A DNA stretch of 64,000 nt from a virus. The stretch lies in the IMG/VR virus record IMGVR_UViG_3300046005_001038, positions 1 through 64,000 of that record, one strand, 5' to 3'. Below are positions 57,533-64,000 of this stretch, piece by piece; the first letter of the stretch is position 1; every line of letters starts with the position of its first letter. Position numbers and translations under genes: made by a program. The notes below the pieces were generated by a model, which was not told where the DNA came from, made no database searches, and saw only the letters and a program-made list of their open reading frames with translations.

Positions 57533-58312
57533 TTATTTAGCTTGTTTAGATAATCTTTCCGCTAAGGTCGGGTTCTCTGTCCACATCTGTGCTTGTTCAG
57601 TTAAATTACCTGTCGCAAAAGGATTGTTGCCTTTATACGCTCCATTACCACCTTTTGCACCACCACCTACGTTATCACCCCAGTAATAAGGGTTACTTGC
57701 TTGTTGTTCACTTAACCACACTTCAAATGGCATATAACCTGTCACACCGTTGATACCGTCTTTCGTTAAGAATTTACCATCATCAGTTTCTGTGAATAAG
57801 CGTTCTGCTTTCATTAGCACGGTTTCTTCAAAACGAGGGTCAATTTTAGCAGCTTTGATTTTAGCCACAAATTCATCATTCATTCGACGTTGACGGTCTA
57901 CTTGTTCAAAGTACGCAACACGCTGTTCTAATTCAGCCGCTTTCTTAGAAATTGCATCACGTTCAGCCATCAAAGGTTGTGTTTGACTTTTTGCGCGTGC
58001 ATTTGCCATTTCTTCTAACTTAGCTACATCTACCGTAGAACCTTTCGCTAATTCTTCTAATTCAGCGATTCTCGCTAATTGTGCTTGTACAGATTCAGGG
58101 TCTAATTCGCCAAAATGTGATAACTTCGCTTTGACTTGTTTGTGGTCATTGCGTTCTTTTTCTAATGCGCCTTGCACTTTCGTGAATTCACTTAACGGTT
58201 TCACACCTGCTACATCCAACACATATTTGCTACCATCAGCCGTTGGTGTGTAGAATGAATGTAGTGTTTCATCTAATGAATCTAAACTTGTAATTTCGTA
58301 TTCTAATGCCAT
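57533..58312 (-). CDS. capsid scaffolding protein
   Basis: Y....DG.KY.LDV.G, ALEKER, coiled coil, GGGAKGG..NPF; between portal and capsid. Confidence 0.85.
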   Translation of the reverse strand: MALEYEITSLDSLDETLHSFYTPTADGSKYVLDVAGVKPLSEFTKVQGALEKERNDHKQVKAKLSHFGELDPESVQAQLARIAELEELAKGSTVDVAKLEEMANARAKSQTQPLMAERDAISKKAAELEQRVAYFEQVDRQRRMNDEFVAKIKAAKIDPRFEETVLMKAERLFTETDDGKFLTKDGINGVTGYMPFEVWLSEQQASNPYYWGDNVGGGAKGGNGAYKGNNPFATGNLTEQAQMWTENPTLAERLSKQAK

Positions 58313-58333
58313 TTTAATATCTCTCGTTTTGTC

Positions 58334-58370
58334 GGACACCATTGCCCATTTTGTGAACCACCATTGGTTC
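58334..58370 (-). promoter_or_regulatory. pair of AUGG-tetraloop hairpins in scaffold leader
   Basis: GAACCA-ATGG-TGGTTC and GGGCA-ATGG-TGTCC. Confidence 0.6.
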
Positions 58371-58446
58371 GGTAAGTTGAGTCTTTTATTATCCTGTGTC
58401 TACTCAGCACAGTTCGATGCAACTTGTTATACTGTCGTGCTTCAGT

Positions 58447-59952
58447 TCAATCTCCGTTAATCGGGTCATTATTCACAGTAACACGGTCAACATTCATCGA
58501 TGCTGTCGGTTGTTGTACTCCGTTACTTGAATTATCAGGAACTTCTATCGGAGGAGATAAGTCATCCTCTTTCATTAACTTACGTTCTTCTTCATAACTA
58601 AGTTTCGTATAACCTTGGTCTTTAAGAATTGTATGAACTGTTTTATCAGCTAACGGTAATAAGCCTGTATTTTTAGCAGCAATCAACTGTGCAAAGTCTT
58701 GACCTTTCATATCTTTGTCAGAGAACTGTAAGTTAGGAATAACTTCAACTTTTGAATCATCTAATCCCATCCATCTAGCACACTTCTTCAACAATTCTTC
58801 GAGTGCATAAGCAGATGTGACAGCAACTTGATTTAAGTTAGCCGTTTGTGCAGCCATACGAATTTTAAGTGCGTCACCTGATTCTTGTTTAGAATTTCCA
58901 TTCATCAACTGACCAGCTTTTGTCACAGCCGCTTGTTTATCGTTCTCAATTGCTTGACGCATTTCAGCCAAACCAGATGAACTCACACCGATAAACTTCG
59001 CATCACCACCCATATCAACATCAATTCTTGCACCTGCGCCAACACGAGTTGCTTCGTCTTGTCCATGACTAATACCACCTACCACAACTAAGGTATCTTG
59101 TCCTTGCATATACAAAGTGTGACGATAATCCGCTTCAGCCCGATAGATGGCAAGTGATAGATTCGCTAAACCTAATAACGGTGGTACATCAGGTGTCGCT
59201 AAAATATCTTTCGAGTTAGCGAACACAAAGGGGATTTCATTTAAGGATTGACCACGATAAATAGGTGTCACGAAGGATTCTAACGTAGGATTTTCGTTTG
59301 AATAGTTCATCACAGATTGTGAATATGTTGCATTCTGATAATCTTCTTCATTCACATTAAAATCACCTAACGCTAAGAACCGATAGCGAGGTTGTTCTGA
59401 CCATGACACCCCTTGTCGCATCCATGTGGTTTCGTCCAACACAACTAAGTTAAGGGCATTAAATCCTACGTTGTCAGAACCTTCATCCCAATTGACGATG
59501 TTTTCTGCATTGTACATTGCAATATACGGATTACCACTACCACTTGAGTCAATATCTAGCAATAAACCTACACGACCTGTAATGAACTGTTGTGAATGAA
59601 TTCTACGCAATAAATGGTCTAAATTATCACCGTTAATCGTCGCTTTAGTACGCAAGAATTCCATTTCTGGCGGTAATTTGATTTGTGTCGGTCTATAGTG
59701 TAACAATCCGATATAACTTTCGACTGCATCATGCACAAAGTTGTGATAGACAGCGCGTTTCTTATAAGATTCATAGGACTTATAACCATCTTCACTAACA
59801 CTCATTCCATCTAAAACTTGACCGCCTGTAGCAGGTAAATACGTCTGTCCTTTAGATTTAACTTGTTTCTCACCTTTGTAACAATCACGCATAATCAACC
59901 AATCTTCGATTGATTCATCATATAGCGGATGTGTTGAAACTGTGCTTGTCAT
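58447..59952 (-). CDS. portal protein (DUF4055-like)
   Basis: HP.Y....W...RD...GE..VK..G..YLP, Y..Y..RA, IPFVF, PPLL.LA.L.LA.YR..ADY. Confidence 0.9.
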   Translation of the reverse strand: MTSTVSTHPLYDESIEDWLIMRDCYKGEKQVKSKGQTYLPATGGQVLDGMSVSEDGYKSYESYKKRAVYHNFVHDAVESYIGLLHYRPTQIKLPPEMEFLRTKATINGDNLDHLLRRIHSQQFITGRVGLLLDIDSSGSGNPYIAMYNAENIVNWDEGSDNVGFNALNLVVLDETTWMRQGVSWSEQPRYRFLALGDFNVNEEDYQNATYSQSVMNYSNENPTLESFVTPIYRGQSLNEIPFVFANSKDILATPDVPPLLGLANLSLAIYRAEADYRHTLYMQGQDTLVVVGGISHGQDEATRVGAGARIDVDMGGDAKFIGVSSSGLAEMRQAIENDKQAAVTKAGQLMNGNSKQESGDALKIRMAAQTANLNQVAVTSAYALEELLKKCARWMGLDDSKVEVIPNLQFSDKDMKGQDFAQLIAAKNTGLLPLADKTVHTILKDQGYTKLSYEEERKLMKEDDLSPPIEVPDNSSNGVQQPTASMNVDRVTVNNDPINGD

Positions 59953-60131
59953 TAAATAGCTACCTCAACGGCTTCTACTACTACGTCGTCTACTTCAGGA
60001 TTAGTCAATACATCAACAATCGTTTCAGCAATCTTTTGTGTAGCAATGCCTTCTACGGCAGAGCCTACATCTTTAGCTGCGTGTTCGATTCCGTGTTCTG
60101 CTTTTTTTAACGCTTTACTGATTTTACTCAT
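59952..60131 (-). CDS. small helical hypothetical protein
   Basis: MSKISKALKKAEHG...; TAATG-coupled to portal. Confidence 0.55.
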   Translation of the reverse strand: MSKISKALKKAEHGIEHAAKDVGSAVEGIATQKIAETIVDVLTNPEVDDVVVEAVEVAI

Positions 60132-60140
60132 ATTCACCCC

Positions 60141-60701
60141 TTAATTATTAAAATTATCTATGCTATCTTCTAAATATAAAAATTCGCCAAAATACAGATG
60201 CGCTGCTTCACAATACTTACTATACGCTTCTTCTGCTGTATCAAACAAGCCTAAGTTTAAACGTACTGAATTTACAGTTATTCTCGCTCTAAACTTGTTA
60301 CTTTTAGTTGCAGTAACTCCTTTGAACCCAGTAGTGTTATTTATTTGTCTTTTTGAATGCTGATGATTTTCAGTATGTGTGCAATTTCTGATATTTTCAA
60401 TTCTGTTATCTGATGTATTGAAGTTAATATGGTCTATATGATTTGGGTCTGTACCGTATATCATTTTGTACACTATTCTGTGCGCTCTATATTTTATACC
60501 GTTTATTTTTATTGCAATATAACCTCTAGTTCCAGCAACACCTGCCTTTTTATTAGCGTTTTTAACATTCCAAGCGTTAGTATATTGCATATTTTTGAAA
60601 TGACTTAACGGTCTTTCTTTCCAATACAACTCTCCTGTTTCAGAATCGTAATTGAAACATTCATGTAGATAACTCTGTTCTGGTAATAATTTAATTTTCA
60701 T
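60141..60701 (-). CDS. HNH-AP2 homing endonuclease
   Basis: AHRIVY, IDHIN...DNRIENIR, GFKGV, LGLFDTAEEA. Confidence 0.9.
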   Translation of the reverse strand: MKIKLLPEQSYLHECFNYDSETGELYWKERPLSHFKNMQYTNAWNVKNANKKAGVAGTRGYIAIKINGIKYRAHRIVYKMIYGTDPNHIDHINFNTSDNRIENIRNCTHTENHQHSKRQINNTTGFKGVTATKSNKFRARITVNSVRLNLGLFDTAEEAYSKYCEAAHLYFGEFLYLEDSIDNFNN

Positions 60702-60957
60702 CTGTTTCACTTCTAACTACATTATGTCCAGCTACTAATGCTAGCGAACCTATCACAATCTTGGTTGCTGTTTCGGAATCAATCTCTAAAGAATAGGTCA
60801 GAATGATTGGGATTATAATTATTAAACCTTGATAAGTGCTAGGTTCTTGTAGCCTTTTTCTTATCCATCTTGAAATAAAATTAGATTTTACATCTGAACT
60901 ACTGTTGGATTTCTGTAGTGTTTCTGTAACTAATTTAATAATCTCTTCTTCTGTCAT
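60691..60957 (-). CDS. holin-like two-TM protein
   Basis: WI..RLQEPSTY.G motif, two hydrophobic segments. Confidence 0.6.
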   Translation of the reverse strand: MTEEEIIKLVTETLQKSNSSSDVKSNFISRWIRKRLQEPSTYQGLIIIIPIILTYSLEIDSETATKIVIGSLALVAGHNVVRSETDEN

Positions 60958-61021
60958 ATCCACCTTCTTTATAAGAACCCATACTATAAATATAGGTTCT
61001 TACAGTTAAGAACAATTTAAA

Positions 61022-61294
61022 TTACTTAGCTTGTTTAAACGCGAGGTAATTTTTAGCTTCCGTAGCAGGTAAGTCCATTGCTTCACCTGTAGCTGGATTA
61101 CGTCCTGCTCGTGCTGGACGAGCTGCGCGAACTTTCGTCTTAAACGAACCGAAGTTAGGAATACGAACTTCATCGTTAGCAGACACAGTAGTGAACACAC
61201 AATCAACAACTGCACGAACTTTATCATTCGTGAGTTCTACACCTGTGTTAGCTAATTGTACTTTTACTTCTTTTAAAAAATCTTGAAACGTCAT
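61022..61294 (-). CDS. HU/IHF-family DNA-binding protein
   Basis: VRIPNFGSFK...R.AR..GRNPATGE...P. Confidence 0.9.
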   Translation of the reverse strand: MTFQDFLKEVKVQLANTGVELTNDKVRAVVDCVFTTVSANDEVRIPNFGSFKTKVRAARPARAGRNPATGEAMDLPATEAKNYLAFKQAK

Positions 61295-61403
61295 TGGTAA
61301 TAAATCCTTGTGTTTAGTTAAAAAATATGTTATTTGTAAATCTGATGCGATAGTATCATAGTGTTTAAGCGATGTCAAGTGTTTTGTTTAATAAATAAGT
61401 GTA

Positions 61404-62122
61404 TTAGCCGCAGGTTTTTAGGGTTACTTGTAAATTTACCGCTGTCACTGTGGTTGTAGCTGCTGCTGAAAATCTGTGCCAAAGAGTCAGATACTCATCT
61501 ATTGTTGTGTCTAAGCTCGCTATAATCCCGCTAGGTGAAAGTGAGGAGTTTGATTGTGATCCTACATATCCAACAGGAATTGTTATAAATTGTATCTGAG
61601 TTGTGGAAATCAATTTAAACGCCGTTTTGTAATGAACTAGACCGCTTCCAGCGGGAGTTCCTGTCGGCGATTGACTTATAGTTGGGTCAGATGATGTCCC
61701 ACTTACGCCGCCAAGGAAACCCATTACTCCAGCATCACCTGCTGCCACGGCTTTTCCTAGTAACGAATCTAATGTAATGACATCCCAATCTTAGCTAATC
61801 CGCCATGCAGCTTCACGGATTCAAGAGCCGTTGTTGATGTAGATGTAGATATTCCGCCCGTCATTACTCGTGCTAAATCAACACTTCCACCAACAGCCCT
61901 ATATCGAGTTCCATCTGAGTACCACTCAGAACCACCTATACCTACGTCTGTGATAATAATTCTATCCACAAAAGGACTTAACGATTTAATATTAGGTCTG
62001 TTAGCCCAAGTAGTTACATAAGTATAGATAGGATTTGTATATTCCGACCTTGTGTCCCAATGTATTTTATATCTGCGCCCATTTTCAAAACTCCTAGTTA
62101 TAGTAAATTGCGAGTATAGCAT
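61404..62122 (-). pseudogene. tail-fibre-like gene split by a 1-nt frameshift near 61784
   Basis: TWANRP..ITDVG.GGS.WYSDG.R; one extra G gives KIGDVITLDSLLGKAVAAGD, joining both ORFs. Confidence 0.6.
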
Positions 62123-62164
62123 AATTTTACAAAATTGTAAATGATTTAGTTTATTTTAGGCAAT

Positions 62165-62200
62165 AAAAAACCCTTAATTGAAATAAATCAATTAAGGGTT
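62165..62200 (-). terminator. rho-independent terminator
   Basis: AACCCTTAATTGA/TCAATTAAGGGTT + T tract. Confidence 0.8.
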
Positions 62201-62218
62201 AAAAGGAACAAACAATTG

Positions 62219-62422
62219 TTAATCCAACATTTCCAAACACACCAAACATTTTAAATCAAACGAATCACGTTTAATATCACCGAAATCAGCCCACACAACA
62301 TCTGCGTTTAACACACCACAATCACACTCAGATAATTCTTCAATCGTCATAGGCATTGATTGGTCTAAATCAGACGTTAAAAATACGACATCACCTACTT
62401 CTGGTACAAATTCTACTTTCAT
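62219..62422 (-). CDS. YodC/DUF2158-like small protein
   Basis: VGDVV.L.S....PMTIE...V.W. Confidence 0.65.
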   Translation of the reverse strand: MKVEFVPEVGDVVFLTSDLDQSMPMTIEELSECDCGVLNADVVWADFGDIKRDSFDLKCLVCLEMLD

Positions 62423-62447
62423 TTTAATCTCCTCGTTAATAAAGCAG

Positions 62448-62648
62448 TTAGTCTACATGATTTGATATGTTCTTGTCAAGTAATTCTTCATCACAACACC
62501 ATGAAGTTTGTTTATAGTCTTCTGGGTTTGGTTTTTCTTTCTTACCGAAGATTCTATCGTAACCTTCTGCGTATTTGGATTGGTTTGTAGGTCTTGAAAT
62601 ACTTCCTTTACCGCCGTCCCATTTAGAGTGATTTCTTTCTAGTTTCAT
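62448..62648 (-). CDS. conserved small phage protein
   Basis: GGKGS..RP.N...Y..GYDRIFGKK. Confidence 0.65.
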   Translation of the reverse strand: MKLERNHSKWDGGKGSISRPTNQSKYAEGYDRIFGKKEKPNPEDYKQTSWCCDEELLDKNISNHVD

Positions 62649-62672
62649 TTTTTTTATTACCTTAGTTAATTG

Positions 62673-62710
62673 AAAAACCTATCTTATCACAATGGATGAG
62701 ATAGGTTCAA
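62673..62710 (-). promoter_or_regulatory. TTGAAC hairpin promoter/terminator element
   Basis: TTGAAC-18-TAAGAT inside AACCTATCT/AGATAGGTT. Confidence 0.6.
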
Positions 62711-62818
62711 GTGGTTGATATTGTTCCGTTACCTGAATATAGGTAACGGTTTCATTAGTTCCGCGCTCTGTCTGTTTTTAACTCCATGTATTACACGGAG
62801 TTAAAGTTTATTTAAAGT

Positions 62819-63919
62819 TTAACCGTGATTCGCAAATTCACCGTGTAGTTCGGTAGATGCTTTGCAGTAGGCGGCGTGTGCTAGTTCAGCGGTGTCGTGA
62901 TGTCCTAAATTTATAAGTTTTCCTTCATGTCTAATTCTAGCTTCCCATCTACCGCTTTTTCTAAGTCTAACTCCTTTGAAGCCAGTAGTGTTATTGATTG
63001 CTAAAACTGTATTTCTACAATTTTCCATACGCGAACATAGGCGTAAGGTCTCAATACGATTATCTAACCTATCTCCGTTGATGTGGTCAATTACCTTATC
63101 ATCAGTAGGTTCTACTCCTGTACATATCCAATATATTAGTCTGTGTACCCGATAACTAAAACCATGTAGGTTTATAACTCTATACGTTTCACGAATACTA
63201 CCCGCTATTTTTCCAGAAAACATAGTGATCCAAGCATTATATGATTTTTTATTTTTAAAATGGGTTTCAGGTCTATTTATATTCCATATTAACTCGCCGT
63301 TATCATACACTAAGCATTCCTTTAAATATGATAAATCTATATTTCTACAATTAGTCTTATTATGCTTAACAGTTGCATCGTCTAAATGTGACCAATCTTT
63401 TTCTTCAGCTTCTTTGCGAGCTTTTATTGCAGATTCTTTATCTTTGAAAAATCCTAAATGGATTATATTCCCTTTAATAGTTATTAAAGCTCTCCACATA
63501 CTACCCTTCTTATCAAATGAAACGCCTTTTGTTCCAGATGTATTATTCTTAGATTCACTGGTGTTATGACAATTTATATCCTGCGTCACATCTCTGAGAT
63601 TTTCAATTCGACTATCTAACTTGTCTTGATTTATATGGTCTATTACACCAACGGGGTCTTTACCAGTATGATATTTCCATATTACTCTATGAGAAGCAAT
63701 AGCAGAATAACCTCCAACGGAGGTGGTTTTATAGCTCATTTTACTTGTACAAGTCGATGCTAATTTCCCTGCAAGTCTAGCATTAAATGAATTAAACCCT
63801 CTGTCTGAATTAAAATGTTCTCTCGGTCTTTCTTTCCAAAACAAATCCCCAGTTTTTTCATCATAATTAAAACATTCATGTAGATATTCTTGACTAGGGA
63901 GCTTTCTTGTCTTTGACAT
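62819..63919 (-). CDS. tandem double HNH-AP2 homing endonuclease
   Basis: two copies of YL.EC..YD..G.L.W, HR.I, IDHIN..D.RIE.LR, KGV, HLG/NLG. Confidence 0.9.
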   Translation of the reverse strand: MSKTRKLPSQEYLHECFNYDEKTGDLFWKERPREHFNSDRGFNSFNARLAGKLASTCTSKMSYKTTSVGGYSAIASHRVIWKYHTGKDPVGVIDHINQDKLDSRIENLRDVTQDINCHNTSESKNNTSGTKGVSFDKKGSMWRALITIKGNIIHLGFFKDKESAIKARKEAEEKDWSHLDDATVKHNKTNCRNIDLSYLKECLVYDNGELIWNINRPETHFKNKKSYNAWITMFSGKIAGSIRETYRVINLHGFSYRVHRLIYWICTGVEPTDDKVIDHINGDRLDNRIETLRLCSRMENCRNTVLAINNTTGFKGVRLRKSGRWEARIRHEGKLINLGHHDTAELAHAAYCKASTELHGEFANHG

Positions 63920-64000
63920 AATTTTGATTCCTTACAGTTATTGGATATTGTGAACAGTGTCTAATGATTGTGGAAGGCTTACTGAAGGCTTTTCGAGTTC
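63920..64000 (-). ncRNA. structured 5' leader, copy 3 of homing-endonuclease leader motif (cut by window edge)
   Basis: GAAAAGC-CTTCAGTAA-GC...CACTGTTCACAATATCCAATAACTGTAAGGA, closely similar to 140-216. Confidence 0.6.

Noticed and set aside
57204-58370. AUGG hairpins as CsrA/RsmA sites
   Set aside because: None contains the GGA core.
62715-62770. CTAATGA followed by a strong hairpin (- strand) as a hammerhead
   Set aside because: Hairpin is not followed by GAAA, and stems I/III are missing.
1-64000. tRNA genes, integrase, alternative genetic code
   Set aside because: No cloverleaf or recombinase recognised; genes read through intact in the standard code.

Overview
A 64-kb piece of an AT-rich tailed dsDNA phage genome (siphovirus-type tail genes, very long tape measure). 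The host is probably Gram-negative: the window has GH24 lysozymes, an outer-membrane beta-barrel gene and sigma70-type promoters. The + strand arm (1-29 kb) carries replication, recombination and nucleotide metabolism genes (ligase, Sak4-like ATPase, SSB, Cas4-like nuclease, SF2 helicase, ThyX, NrdAB, family-B DNA polymerase), two lysozymes and a periplasmic-binding-protein/porin pair. The - strand arm (29-64 kb) is the morphogenesis module from portal to tail fibre. Eight free-standing homing endonuclease genes are present. I recognised no integrase, terminase, primase, tRNA, CRISPR or reverse transcriptase. Strongest candidates for undescribed biology: (1) a covarying three-way-junction RNA leader shared by three homing endonuclease genes of two unrelated families; (2) a phage-borne porin + periplasmic binding protein pair; (3) a stand-alone sRNA with an antisense 29-aa peptide ORF between scaffold and capsid genes; (4) tandem AUGG-tetraloop hairpins in scaffold and capsid leaders; (5) the G/GT tail-chaperone frameshift replaced by gene duplication; (6) A-B-A'-B' switch leaders on the Rha and KilA-N genes. 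All calls come from reading motifs by eye; no database searches were run.
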